This document shows, one piece after another, positions 37,043-50,840 of a stretch of DNA of 64,000 nucleotides. A program made the position numbers and the translations under genes. How positions within the stretch are numbered: position 1 is the stretch's first letter; each line of letters begins with the position of its first letter. This DNA is from Camelus ferus (Eukaryota), in the NCBI RefSeq assembly GCF_009834535.1, contig NC_045698.1:3226001-3290000 (forward strand), in the 5' to 3' direction. The notes under the pieces were generated by a model that did not search any database, was not told the origin of the DNA, and was given only the letters and a program-made list of their open reading frames with translations.

Positions 37043-40000
37043 CAGCGAAACAGAAAGGGATTTGAGTTCCAGGAACTGGCATAGAGGAAGGTCTTTTCTG
37101 TGGACCAGGAAGAAGGAAGTTGGCAGTGGTTGTTCTGTGACCATCAGATCGGCTGTGATGAAGGGGTTCCCAGGAATTCTGCAGTTCAGCCTGTGTGGGT
37201 GGTGGAGATAAGAGCTGTGTCTGTTTTTGAAATTTTGCTTAAATGTTTCACTTTAAAACCAGATTCTCTAAGTATTGGCAGGTCCTGATTCTGTTAGGTT
37301 CTGAACTCAAATCAAGTGAAACCAAGTCAGTGGTGAAACTTCTGAATTCCTACCAGACAGGAAAGTTTTACCGCAAGAGCACCATCCGCAGAAGGCAGCA
37401 ACACACACGCAGAAAGCAATCCATTACTGTGTACCAAACGCACTCAGAACGGTTCAGGTCTTTTGAAGCCATAAGCCTTCCTTCTTCTGCTTACTGCTCT
37501 CAGAAATAGTGAGAAGCTAAGCCGAGTTGAGCATGATGATGCTTATGGAAGCATCATTCACACTCGGGCAGGAGTTCACACCCTTTACAGTTGACAATCA
37601 CCGTAAGTGACAACTGACTATTATGCCGGACGCATGCAATTAAAGGAATCTAATAAAATGAAAAAAATCAGTTACAATTTTAAGGGGAAAATAATGAAAG
37701 GAAATTACACATAATACAATCTCAAGATATATAAAAATTTGCATAGGAAAAAGATCTCTCAAAATGTTCAGTTGATGAGCCAGCATGTAGTAGATTTAAG
37801 GCTGTTTTTAACTTGTCTTCGACCTTCCTTTGCTTTGAATCACTTCTATATTTACACAATGAGTTAATTTTAAAATTCAATCCCACCAAAGTCAATTAGG
37901 AAACCGCATGACAAAAGTTACCTGCTCCCCAACCATTTATTTGTTCTTTACTAGTTGTTGAAGGTTAATTTGTAGATTTACTACCCGAAGAGTACTTTTC
38001 CACCATTAGAATCTACATAAAATGAGTAAATTAAAACTAAAAGGGCTAAAAACCTGGTCCCTGTACCCCACCCTCTCTCATGCGCAATCTCCTGTTTTCT
38101 CTTGCATAAGTAGTATTTCAGAAAATGTGATCTATGCACATGGATAAAGGCTTTTCTCGGTGCAGTTTATAAAGTAGTTTCAGGAACATGAGAATAGGCT
38201 CAAAATTCAGGTGGGACACTTGCCACATTTGTAAAACAGAGATGCTCTTTAAAGCCACGGGTCTAAATCTTTCCCTACAAAATCTACAGTCTTAGAATGT
38301 AAAACCTTGTGTGAAGTGTTCTCCCATGAGCTGTGGCCTGAAAATCCTGGTGTCAACAGCAATCCACACTGAAGTCCCCTAATATTAGATAAAGCATGGA
38401 CATCACCCTACTCCCTCACTTGAAGAAGATTGGCTCATTTTTCAAGTGTTTTGTAAATTATAAGGGTCCCATCAAAGAGGTGGCCTTTTAAATTCTTCAC
38501 CTGCCAGAATCTCTCTCTTTATAAACTGCTTTGGAAAGCAAGTGTCACTTACCCTCACATTTCCCCACTAGAACATCCCTGGATGTGAACTGCAAATTAT
38601 TATTAGCAGGTTTGGTGTTGTAAGCAGAAAGAAAGATATTTATAAATCTTTCTTTAAAATAAAGTTTTAATAGAAGATAAAAGAACAAAGAGAAAAACAA
38701 AGTGATGGGCGTGTTGCCTACAGTTCCACATGCAAATAAAATGAGAGAACCTACCGGTGAAGAAAAATTTCTCAGCGGGGTCAAACCCATGCGAGACTCT
38801 CATTACCGTGAGATCAGCCTGTCCTCCAACGAGCCAGCTTAGATCAACTTCCCATAGTTTATGTGCTTTATAAACTGAGCAAGACAAATAGTGTGTTAAG
38901 GCTTTATGGACTTGTTATGACAGCTAATTTCGTATCGCCTGACATAGTATCTGAGCAAACGTACAGATGTTCATTCATTTTCACTCCACTCTAGATACTG
39001 TAAATTGAGCACCTCTGGAAGTCCAGTCATAATAGCTGACAAACACCCCTGCTGCCCACAAGAATGGAAGTTGTAAGTCACTGGGCTCCGACATGGAAAG
39101 TTAGCTGAGGACTCAGGGACCCATGCATCTTTTTAATGACTTTGTGGCAGAAATCTAGCGTGGGTTCACTGTGACAGTCTAGCGGGGGACTCAGAGGACA
39201 TCTAATGAATTAGCCACAACTTTAATTTAAATGGCATCACACCTGATAAATGTGGGACCCTTACACGCCTGTGAGTTTATCACCTTCTCTGTGAAACCAC
39301 CACTGCGACCCAAGCCTTGTCTTTGATGTCTCCTTTACTGTGATTTGTTCCTAATTGTAAAAGGATCAAAACCTGTTACTGAACACAGTTGCGTGCAGTC
39401 CTTCCAAAAAGCGGTACCCTCGCTCATAACCCTAGCATTCCTCCCAGAAGCCAGCTAGCTCATCATTCCAAACATATCACTGGAAAAATGTGTTTCTCCC
39501 CAAAATGTGTCAAATTTATTTGATTTTTATTCCCAGGATATTTGTGAGACCTCGTCTGTGGCTTGAGACAGATTAAAACATAAAACCTCAAGATAAAAAT
39601 AAGCCTTTTAAATCTTGTGGATTCATTAAAGGGACTGTGGAGTTATCTCGTAGCCTGCACACCAAAAATTCCATGTAGCTGTTTTTATATTATTATAAGC
39701 TATATCTGCTTATAATTCCCCATACATCATTACATGATATTTGGTCATCTTGAGGTACATTTTGGATATCCCTGAAAATAAGGAATTTTTAAGAAGGTTA
39801 ATTATAGAACTGATCACATCATGTATCTGTAATCACGTGAATATGTCTTTGCTTTGAGTGTAAAAGTTAAAATATTTAAACCACATTAAAGAGTAAAAAG
39901 ACAAACCAGTCTTCTTCTAGTCATTCACCAGCAAGTCTCATCAAGGTCTCTTATAAGGTTTTCCATCTTTTTGTGATGGTTGCTGCCACCAGAAAGACCC

Positions 40001-40630
40001 TGTAACAAAACTGTTGTCTAAGGTCACCTACAGTGAGTTATTCTATAGTTTATTCAATTAATATTTAAAAATTCTTGTTTTGTTACAAAACACCTGTGGT
40101 GAAATATTAATCATAGAAAGAGTAGTTTGCTTGTTCTCCTCAAATAGTATGTTTTGTACATTTTCATGTTCAACATTTCTGTGAAGATTACAACCTGAAA
40201 GCTGTCCATCTCTCTGGGTAATTTTCTCACTAGCCAAGAAAGAACAGAGTGCCAAAAAAGGTCATGTTAATGACAAAGAAATTCAGGTTTTATTTGCTAC
40301 CAGCTGGGCTTGTGAAGCAGTGGATAATGTGTCTTACTGCTGAATAAAAATGCTTTCAGATGAATTATTTCAGATACAATTCCACATTAGCTGTGTTAGT
40401 TTGAATCTGAAGCGTTTTCATTGCCATAAATATGTTACTTGGAAGTGACTTCAGTGAGTGAACTTCAGGAAGCGACCTAGGTGACAAGCATCTTCCTTCA
40501 GACGTCCCTTGAGACTGTCAGCTGCTCAGCATTTGGTGTTTGTGTTGGGGTGTCTGTCTCTTTTTGCTTTGGTTTTACCCGAGAGGTAAGCCTGAATGTG
40601 GAAAGCAGTTATTGAGGTAAAAGTGATGCT

Positions 40631-40662
<32 letters not shown>

Positions 40663-40663
40663 A
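40631..40663. repeat. (TTG)n microsatellite
   Basis: About 10 perfect TTG units. Confidence 0.95.
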
Positions 40664-40960
40664 TTCTTTTAATGATGAGTATTTAAATACAGAAACCAAT
40701 AAACAAAAGTTTGAGATTGTAAATGGTACCTAATATGTGAGATGTTGTGGGTATAATGTGAGTAAAATAAGTTCCTTGTCATTACAATGCTTCTTTTTAC
40801 TAGAAAGACAGGCGATTATAATAAACTAGATATATATTATAATGTCAGCCATGAAGACAAAGAAAAGTAAGATAATATAAAGTGAGGAAAGGAGAATTTT
40901 TATGACTGTCAGTAGGACATATATGTGCAAAAATGAAACAAAAAGTAGAAAATGATTTTT

Positions 40961-41041
40961 TTGGTGTGTGTTAAGTAAGACTTTTATTTTTTATTTTTAT
41001 TTTTTAACTTTTTTATTGATTTATAATCATTTTACAATGTT
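40961..41041 (-). mobile_element. 81-bp L1 3'-tail insertion with 16-bp TSD and a short non-L1 segment
   Basis: TSD gtagaaaatgattttt at 40945-40960 and 41042-41057. The insert on the minus strand reads aacattgtaaaatgattataaatcaataaaaaa..A-rich..gtcttacttaacacacaccaa. Confidence 0.85.
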
Positions 41042-41466
41042 GTAGAAAATGATTTTTAAATATGAGAAATCATCTGAAGCACTAAGATGTAATAGATAAT
41101 ATTTAAGTGTCCAGTATCAAAGATTCTTTTTCCACCTAATTTTGTGCCATTCTAGCAGATAATCAGGTGACATTTTGTCTCTCAAAGTGTCTCCATTTCT
41201 AGGTTGACCTAAATTTGCTGACACATCCTCCTTGTGGGCGAGACTATGAAAACAGGGTATACGCATCTATATGAAAGTTCACACATATCTCAGTTTATTT
41301 TCTTCCTTTGCATTCTTTTCCTTATTTTATTGAGGGAATATTTTCATAGAGAAATTTGGGGAAAATGATACATTTATGGCAAGAGTCACTGAAGATATTG
41401 AAGTAGGGTTTTTTTTTTTAGGGGAGAAAAGACATTAGAAGACATAGTTCCAAGAATTGTTGACTA

Positions 41467-41632
41467 ATGATGATGGTGATGATGATGGTGGTAGTGATGG
41501 TGATGGTGGTGATGATGAAGATGTTTATGATAGTGATGATAATGATGGTGATGATGGTGATGATGGTGGTGATGATGATGGCAGGTGGTGATGATGATGG
41601 CGGTGATGATGATGATGGTGATGATAATGATT
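41467..41632. repeat. (ATG/GTG)n trinucleotide low-complexity repeat
   Basis: Imperfect GAT/GGT array, directly visible. Confidence 0.95.
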
Positions 41633-41719
41633 ACAAAGCCAACCATATGACTTTCAACAGCACTGAAATAATTCAATAGAAAAATAGGATATTATGCAAC
41701 ATCAAAACACTGGAGTAGC

Positions 41720-41910
41720 ATTAGCCTTGGAGTCAAGGGCTTGAGCTCTAGTACATTCTCTCCATTCTTTAGCTGAGTGACCCTGGTGGCCTCACTCAAA
41801 TTGTCTGAGAATTTCATTTGCCCTGTGTGGGCAAATAGATAACATAAAGGCCACATTTGTGTCTCCTACAGATCAGTGGCAGATTTTATGATTCATGCAT
41901 ATCAACACAC
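41720..41910 (+). mobile_element. MIR SINE
   Basis: 'gccttggagtcaagggcttgagctctag..ctccattctttagctgagtgaccctgg..ctcactc..tctgag..tttcatttg' is MIR. Confidence 0.6.
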
Positions 41911-42299
41911 TTTGTGGAGCCCAAATTCCAATCCAGAAAACAAGGTATATACATCTAAGTGATTGGAAAGAGCCATAAAGATAAAAGCATAAAGATTAAA
42001 AAATGTAGCAAACTTTCGGGGGGATTAATAGTAGATGAGGACAGTGAAATGTGAAGTAGAAAGTATCAGATCCAAATCTTTTTTAAAGATTCTAAACAGT
42101 CCTTAGATGATAATCACATAAACTACTGTTAACTTCTCTCATAAACTTAGTGCCTAGAAGAAGGAATACTGTATGTGCAATAGTTCCAGGAAATATTTAC
42201 TTTCAAATATGAAAATACATATTTTACTGAATCATGACTACATTTCTTTGCTGTTTAGAAGCACCCTTTGGAAAGATTGATATTAATTTTATTTATAAT

Positions 42300-43600
42300 T
42301 AATCCATAATTGATTCCATTCAAATATTAGATTATTAGAAAATTTTAATTCTGATTATGAGAACTCTTTCCCATACTATAGCTCCTGACCACCTTTAAGT
42401 ATATTCATATTTCTCTATTGTCATATTTAATAATAATCTTTTTTGTCCTGTAACCATAATTTCCATTATGTTCTCCCTTAAGTCTTATGTTTAATTGATT
42501 TACCTATTTGATCCAATTTTTCCATTCTTTTATTTGCAGGTGGAAATTAGTTGTCTTTTATTTAAAAGGGCTCATGAAAACTACATCCCTTGAGTTCTTA
42601 TATGCTAAAAAATATTGCTCTGTTTTCTACGTATTTGAATATCCACTTGGCTGCATGTTTGACTTTTAAATCACATACTTCTTCCTGAGGAATTACTTGG
42701 TATCACACGCTGTGTTCTTCAACCAAAACCTACTGTCAAGAAGCAGGAAATCAGACTTAATGCCCCCTATTGGTGGAATTGGTGATTTGGTTCATTTTCT
42801 TATTGTCCAAGCATTTATTTGGCCTTTGTTTTTCCAGTCTGCACCTTTCCCTGGGTACCCTCTCCATAGTGATTAATCAAGACCGTATCAGCCTTGCGAT
42901 CCATGAGCACACAACTCATTTTAGGAAGCTGTTCTTGAAATGTATCTTGGGAGTTTCTTTTCTTTTTATTTCCTGCTGGTTTTCTTTATCAAGAGCATCA
43001 GTTGTACATTTGTCATATTTACTTTGACTTTCCCGTACAGCATTTCCTCTCTAGCCTTTTAAAAATACCTACTCTCAGGGGAGGGTATAGCTCAGTGGTA
43101 GAGCACATGCCTAGCATGCACGAGGTCCTGTGTTCAATCCCCAGCACCTCCATTAAAATAAGTATACAAATAAATAAACTTAATTACTCACCCCCCCCCA
43201 AAAAAAAATACTCTCATTTTTTTCATTTGCTTTTCTGAAGATGCTTTTCCATGTCCTAACTTAATTCCACCAGCGTCTGTTCTCCTCTGGCAGGCCTCCA
43301 GGTTGTGCTTTCTTTCTAAAGTTGGTTCACTTACTGCTTGCTTTTTTTCCCTGGACTTTGAAAGACCAATTATTGAGTTGCTTTTTCCTTCATCATTTCT
43401 TTCCTGAGTCCTAGTGTCTTTGCTTTGAGTGTTTATCTGATAGAAGCAAGATATTTATAAAAATCCTTTGTTTCCTGTGGAAATCATAAGCAATAATATT
43501 TTTACGTATTTTGGCAAAAATTTTTCTTCTTCCACACCTTTTGTTATCTTTGTCCATGCATTCCCTCCTTTGCTCGGTGTTTGGAAGAGCTGTTTCACTT
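42300..43600 (-). mobile_element. Decayed HAL1/L1ME-like sequence, antisense, interrupted by a SINE
   Basis: 'aaaagggctcatgaaaactacatcccttgagttcttatatgctaaaaaat..ttggctgcat' resembles antisense HAL1. Boundaries uncertain. Confidence 0.5.
43078..43208 (+). mobile_element. tRNA-derived SINE, camelid Vic-1 type
   Basis: 'ggggagggtatagctcagtggtagagcacatgcctagcatgcacgaggtcctgtgttcaatccccagcacctcc' with Pol III A box (TAGCTCAGTGG, 43088-43098) and B box (GTTCAATCC, 43132-43140), AT-rich/C-run/poly-A tail and flanking tactctca repeat. Confidence 0.9.
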
Positions 43601-44254
43601 TTCCTTTATTTTTTGATATTAGAATAAAGTGAACTCTTAATGTTGGCAAGCTGAATGTTCAGATAGGAATGGCTCCTTGCAGATGCTGGAGAGAAGGCTC
43701 TTCTACTTCCTGAGAGGTTCTAAGAGTCAGTTGGGGTCAATGATTCAGTATCTCCTTTTCATGTGACAAAGATCAGCCACTGGAGGGCTGTTGCCCACTC
43801 TCAGGATCTGCTCATCCCTGCTTCATGGTTTCCAAAAGTCCATGTCAGTGTAGCCACCTGCTCTGCCTCTTCACCATTGCAGGGGACAGGGAGGCTCCCA
43901 CAGTCCCAGTCATTGCAAACCAGCAGACACTGGATCTGCCTCTCAGAACACACCTCCGACTTCAGAGATGACCCTGTGGGAGATGTGATGAGGCTACCAC
44001 AGCAGGGCGCCCTCCCAGGGCCCTCCTCATGCTGGACCCATTCCTCTGCACTTACTAGCCCATGTGTACCTACGTTACAGGATTCCAGATAACTCCTTGT
44101 TTGGTAGAAGACTGAGTTTTCACTTTGCTTCTTGTTTTCCTTGTTATGAATTCAATGGGTTCATGAAGAAGAAGCTGAAGTAGATATTTTTAATTCTAAT
44201 ATCTGATACTAAAAATTCTACAATTCCTTCTTAAGGCTCTTTGCTGTATTTGTC

Positions 44255-46200
44255 TTTTAATCTTTTATTTAAAAATAAATTATGGACTCACAGGAAATTT
44301 CAAAAATAGTATGTAGCTTTCCTTGAATCTTTAACCAATTTTTCCCCAATTGTGCCATCATATAAATATAGTATAATATCACAACCAGGAAATTGGCATT
44401 AATATAATGTAGTTATCTAGACTACGGACCAGTTTTTATGTGCACTCACTTGTGCATGTGTGCACACGTGTGTACGTGTGTGCAGTGTGTACCCACGTGT
44501 GTGCTTGCATGTACACATGTGTGTATGTAGGTGTATGCACATGTGTGTAGTTTTAGGTAATCTGACCCCGTGTGTATCAGTCCCCACTACCAGTGTACAG
44601 CACTATTCCATCAATTCTCAGGAACCCTTCATGCTACCCCTTTAAAGTTCCATCCCTGTTCCTGGAAAAAAATCCATGTGTTGTCAATCTCTGTATTTCT
44701 GTCATTTTAACAAGGTTACATAAGAAGACTCCTGCAGTATGTAATTCTTTTGAGACCTACTTTGTCACTCAGCATAGTCCCCTGGGTGTTCATCTGGGCT
44801 GTTATGTGTATCGATACCTGCGCCTTCCTATTTCTGAGGAGTATTCAACAGTATGGACACAGCGCACTTGGTTTAACTTTTACCCACTGGAAAACAACTG
44901 GTTTGTGCCCAGGTTTGGCTATTACGAACAAAGCTACTATGAACACTCATGTACAGATTTCTGTGTGAACATACGTTTCATTTCCAGAACCAACACCCAA
45001 AAATGCATTTGCTGGATCCTACAGTAAGAATAGACCTACTCTTTATAAAACAATTGCCAAACTGTTTCCCAGGGTGGCTGTACCATCTTCCAATCCCACA
45101 AGCAATGTGTGAGTGACCTGGGATCTCTGCTTCCTTACCAGTATTTGGGATTTTAGCTCTTCCGGTTGGTGAGTGGTGCTGCACCATTGTGTTTCAATCC
45201 TGCATTTCCTTAGGATGACCGTCTTTCCATACACATACTTGCCATCCATATCTCCCCATTAGTAAAATGTCTGTTCATATCTGTTGCAAATTTTCTAATT
45301 GTTTTTGTTATTGCTGAGTTTGCAAGTGCTTAATATATTCTAAATGTAAGTCCTTTGTCACATGTGCTGTTTGCAAGCATTTTCTCCAAACCTGGAGCCT
45401 CTCATTTCATTCTCTTATGCAGAGCAAAGCTTTTTAATTTGAATAAAATCCAATTTGTCAATTATTCTTTTATGGATCATGCTTTGGGTTTCACGTCGAA
45501 GAGTTCTCCCAGCCTTGGGTCTCAAAGATTTTCTCTGATTTTCTTCTAAAAGTTGTATAGTTTTACATTTTGCATCTAAATCTGTGATCTGTTTTGAATT
45601 AATTTTGTATAAGCTGTGAGATTTTGGTGAAAGCTCCCTTTTACTTTATTATTTTATTTTATTAACTTATATTTTGCTTACACATAGGCGTCCAGCTGTT
45701 CTAGAGCCATCTGTCCAAAAGACTGTCCTTCCTCTATTCAGTTGCTTTTGCATCTCTGCAAAAACCACCTGGGCACGTTTGTGTGGGTTATTTCTAGGTT
45801 TTCTGCTCTGTCCCACTGTGCTGTGTCAATCCCTCCAGCAACACCATAGAGTCTTGATTACTTAAGATTGTGTAGAATGATCCCTCTCACTTTTCTTTTT
45901 CCAAAATTATCTTAGCTGTTCTAAATCCTTTACCTTTCAAACAAACTTTAGAAAAAGCTTGTCTACAAAAAACTTTGCAGGATTTTGATTTATTGCATTA
46001 AAACTATAGATAAATTTGGAAAAAAATTAACATCTTATAATAAGTTGAGTTTTCCAATTCATGAACACTGTATGTTTGTATGATTCTCTGGTTATTTAGA
46101 TTTTGACTTCACTCATCAGTGTTTTGTAATTGTCAGCATCAGACACTTAACGTGTTTTGTTGGATTCATGCTTAAGTATTTCATTTTGTTTATTTTTCAT
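44255..46200 (-). mobile_element. Old L1 (L1MC/L1MD-like) 3' UTR and ORF2, antisense
   Basis: 'actcacaggaaatttcaaaaatagta..atagtataatatcacaaccaggaaattg' is the 3' UTR. It is followed by antisense ORF2 ('tgccaaactgtttcccagggtggctgtaccatctt', 'tctaaaagttgtatagttttacatttt'). Confidence 0.88.
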
Positions 46201-49200
46201 AATCTTCATGTTGCAAAAGAAGAAAATGAGACCCAGATGATTAGCTCGATTCAGATCACACAGCCAACAGGAGAGGAAGCCCAAACCACAGCTCTCCGCA
46301 CCTGCCTCTGCATTGCTGTTGCTCCCTGAGGGAGCATTTCTCAGAACCAAAGTCTCCCTCCACTGGGGCGTATTCCAGACACAGAGAAAAGCTAAAGCAT
46401 CCCCCGGGGAGGGGGGTAATTTTGAGTGGGAAGGGGCTACAAGTGGCCTTGAAGATGGTTTTGCCAAGTCATCCTGAGGGACAGCCTCAGGCTTTCCCCC
46501 ACTTCTTACAGCCTCTTTCATTTTGTCATCATTTATGAAGCATGAATTTTCCTAGAAAAAACCAGGTTATCCTGAGAGCTTCTGTCAGTGGCTAAAAAGG
46601 CTTTGGCTTTTATAAAGAATAAAGGCAGCTTGGAGGCCGGACACAGGGAATCAGCTTCCCGCCTCCTTAGATATTCCAGCTAGATTCAGAGACACCCAAG
46701 CCAGGAAAGATCAAGGGTCTCATGACCATCATGATGTTCTAGGGACCCACCCCCAATTTGTGGCAATGTCTCACACAGGGTTTCCACTTCCCTTGTGCTT
46801 TACCTGCTCAGAATTCATCTCCTGGAAGGGTTTGGGGTATCTCAAGATAAGGTGATGCAAGTTGCAGGGGGCAGTGTGTCAGGGAGGGCGGTGTGAATCC
46901 CTGTGCAGGTGGGACCATCCAGCTTGCCTGGGGTACAGCTCAAGCTGCTTCTCAGTGTAACAGTCCACACCCTAACTATTGGAGAGAGGTGCATGTGTGT
47001 GCATGCGTATAACCACACATAGGTACATACATTCTTGCCATCATTCTGTGTACAATTTTTATCTGATTGTGGTTTTTATTATATTTTTTCCCATTTTGTC
47101 ATTATGTCAGCCCTAGTCTTTCCATGTGGCCGTGAAGCCTGACCCTTTCAGTACTAATTAGAGATGTCTAAGAAGGGAATCTCCCCTTTACCAGCGTCGC
47201 CACAATAAACCTTTCTAATCACTGATGTGCTCCCGGGGGTCACATCTCATTACACTGGGTAACTTCATAAACTGACTTGACAGGCTGTGTGACCACGTGA
47301 TTCATCAACTTCAAAACCAGGCTTGTGGGGCGGGCAGATCAGCAGGGTGAGCTCCCTTAAAGTGGGTAAGTGGAGAGAGAAATTTGCACGATTTCATAAA
47401 TAGTTAAATGCTTCGATCGCTTCCCCATGATAAAAAATGTACCTGCAGCTGGCCTTCTCTCTGAGCGGGTGAAATGACGCCGCGGGTGTCACCTGCGAGC
47501 CGGGAAGAGGGGAACACTTTATACAGAACGTATTTCATTTCCTGTGGAATTTGGGGTAAAGATAAATGCTCTTTCCCTAAGTCTCAGCTCCAACTGGTGG
47601 CAGGATTGTCATGAGACAGAAGAAGAAGACAAGAGATCTTCTCTCGCCCACCCATGTTCACATGAAAATCCCCAGTGTCTCCTCTACCAAGGGAAACTAT
47701 GTCCATGCCCGTTCAAGAAACAGTTCCACTCAGAGAAAGCAGGTAATTGTCGTGCTCATACCGACGCCGTGAAAGTTGATTATTGGTGCTTTGGGCTGGT
47801 AAATTGAATTTGGGTATTTTTCTCTTTTTTGCAATTTAAATCAATATAGACGAATAATTATAATAATATAAAAGTATTTGCTAGGTGGAATATGTTTTTA
47901 AACTAAATCTCTCTAATAAAGCAACACATGCAAGATTCTATATGGTCTAAGAGTTCGATAAAATTATAAATTAAAACCATGTTTATTATTTACTAGTGAT
48001 GACTTTCTAAGTGACATAGTCCAAATATATTTGTTCCTCTTTAATGATACCCACCAACTGGAGGCCTGATGGGTAGATTTGGAAGGTGGATTATTTGAAA
48101 CAATTAGTTTAAATCATGATCTAGGATTTTCTTTCAATGAAAAATCCTATTTTTTCCCTCTACCTCAGACTTAAAAAACAGATAATGTAGAAAAATCCCA
48201 AAAGGCAGACATTCTGGCTAGTGGAGGGAAAAGAAGAAAATGCCTGCCTTCCTGCGGAGACGGCCAACCCTCCAGTCCGTAGATACAGCTCCGGAAACCA
48301 GCAGATCCACCACAGCCTCGTCCAACCAGAGCGTTGGCCCCTCAGAAGAAAGGTGAGTCCAGGTGGCGGTGGCTCCACACTGCACACCCTGAGTACACAG
48401 CCCAGGACCCAAGTCTCCAGGGACCACAGGAGTCCGGCTGACCCACCATGACCTGCAAACCTGGTGTCAGGCCACAGGAAGCCACTGCCCATGTCACCTC
48501 ATGTCCAGTACCACTTCCAGAACACGTCACAGCGGAACCAACAAAAGAAGAATCACAACTGAATAATGCTGCCCATGTGTGCACAGGGACACACTGGGCA
48601 AACCTGCAAAGATTTGGGAAAACAAATGAAAAAGGAAAAGTTGAAAACCATGAGTAGAGGGAAAGTTATAAACAGTATAATCAAAGGAGACTCAACCTCT
48701 GTATACAGATATGGAAAAGCAAGTTACCCATGCTTCTACACAATGTTTTATAAGATAATCATTAGAAAGGCTAAAAGGCGAAATCTAGCTGACAATTCAT
48801 AGAAGTGATAGGAAGAAGAGATGGGGGTGACACATGGTCTTAACAAATCATACAAGTGAGGTTCCAGTTAAACTGGACCCTATTATAGAGAGAGAAAAAT
48901 TAGTTTTTAATGAAACTTACATAATAGTGTATCAAAACGTATCAAAGACACACACATGTGCACAACCTTACTTCAAGTATTAGTGTACAAATCATACGTG
49001 GAATATCTGCACAGAGAATTAAGCATACTTAATAACAAGCAGGTTTATGGGTATAAGGAAAGTTCAATAATGTATTTCCTAACTAGTCAACCATATGCCG
49101 ACTACATGTAAATAAGTGATCACAACTGATGCTAATGTGGTGTGTAAAGGAATTTAACATCAATTTCTAATCAAACAAAAAACACTTAAAGTGAACATAT

Positions 49201-49507
49201 AAAACAAAAATGTATAGATAGAGTTTCCTTGAGAGATTGAGAGATGTGTTCTCTCTTGAGCAATAATTTCTAGTTATCCTTGACTTGACTTGACTTGTCA
49301 GCACCCACAGCCCAGAGGGCTTGTGCATGGATCCTAGAGGTTAAGAGATAGTACGGCCAAGAACAGGGGTCTGAAGACACAGCAAGCCCCATTCCAGCAA
49401 GTCAGAGTTCACAGCAACTCATCTCCAGGAAGCAGAGACATTAGAGAGAAGAAACAGGAAGATTTAGGAAATTGACCTGGAGGGGGCCCTGGGTCTGACT
49501 CACCACA

Positions 49508-49523
49508 GCCACCAGGGGGCCTT
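49508..49523 (+). promoter_or_regulatory. CTCF-like motif
   Basis: gCCACCAGGGGGCctt matches the CTCF core CCACCAGGGGGC. Confidence 0.45.
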
Positions 49524-50394
49524 GGGAGACACTGAGAGACGGGGGGGGAGGGGGGGGGAGAAAACAGATAATTTTGAGGATCTCAGAGTAGAAAATAATT
49601 ACTTCTCACTTTCTGCTGGGATCCTGGGAGAAGGCAGCCACAGGGTGGCCCTGACATCCACTCAGGTCAAATGCAAGGAAGGAGAAATGGTGACAAGACA
49701 GGTGTGGGCAAGGAGATTGGCCCCGTGTCCTCTCCTCATGCACCCATCAAGACCAGATTCAGAAAATCCTCCATTCCTCAGAGGTAGAAAGGGTAACAAC
49801 CATAACTGAAATGTTGCCAACACTGCAGATACCAGACACGTGTTCAGGCAATGTGGCAGGTACTTTACATGCAGTCACTTATTTGCAATAGAAACCCCTT
49901 GAGATCAGTATGTTTTTGTACCCATTTTACAGACTTGGGCCTTCTACTAGCTCACGCATTGTGACAACTTGACTTCTAATAACTCTTCTTGGCCCAGCGC
50001 TATCTCAAGATGCATTCAACTCACATTTTATCCTCTACTTTTTCTGAATATTCCTTAGATCAGTTTCTCAAAATAGATACACCATTGGCCCACCTTGTCT
50101 TCTTTTGTCAAGCCAGATGGCGGTCACGCGCCAGCCTGTGAGCTGCTACCCTTGGCTGATATCTATTCTAACCACGTAAGGCTGGAAGTGTGTCCTTGGA
50201 GGACAGTCTATGTCTTTCCATCAGCAAGGCACTGGGCAAAATGAGCACCATGGCTAGCATGGACCCTGTGTGCTCTATTTTAAAGGTGAGAGAGGAAAGA
50301 CTTAGAAGGGAGACGCAATGGGTAAGGGTCATAACTAGTTCCCCATCACCATCTTGAGATGGTTCCACCTTCTCAAGAACTATAAAGTAGTTGT

Positions 50395-50840
50395 ATATAT
50401 ATAATGGAATGCTACTTGGCTATTAAAAAAAAGAATGAAAGTTTGCCATTTGCAACATCATGGTTGACCCCGGAGAGTACTATGCTTGGTGAAATAAGTC
50501 AGACAGAGAAGACAAATATTATATGGTATCTTTTATATCTGTAATCGAAAAAAAAAAAAAGCTATCTAGTGAATATAGCAAAAAAGGAACAGACGATATG
50601 GAAAACAAACGAGTGGTTACCAGTGGGGAGAGGGAAGGCGGCAGGGGCAGGAGCAGCCCAGGGGACGGAGAGGTACAAACTCCTGTGTGTAAGTACAAGG
50701 ACACACTGTGCAGCATAGGGAGCAGAGCCAAGGTTTTACAATAGCTATAAATGGAGTGTAACCTTTACAAATTGTGAATCACTGTGTTGGACACCTGAAA
50801 CTTATGTAATGTTGTAAATCAGGTATATCTCAATAAAAAA
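50395..50840 (+). mobile_element. L1 3' end (L1MA/laurasiatherian-type)
   Basis: 'aatggaatgctacttggctattaaaaaaaagaatgaa..gccatttgcaacatcatgg..gtgaaataagtcagacagagaagacaaata..cacctgaaactta..tcaataaaaaa'. Confidence 0.88.

Noticed and set aside
38553..38589. Possible 37-nt minus-strand exon with a strong GG|gtaagt donor
   Set aside because: The acceptor has a poor polypyrimidine tract and there are no supporting neighbouring exons.
41464..41679. Poly-His and Met/Val-rich ORFs on opposite strands
   Set aside because: Both are translations of an (ATG/GTG)n simple repeat, with no exon context.
43078..43150. tRNA-like gene with A and B boxes
   Set aside because: It is followed by a SINE tail and a TSD-like repeat, and a second diverged copy lies at 23841-23985. 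It is a tRNA-derived SINE, not a tRNA gene.
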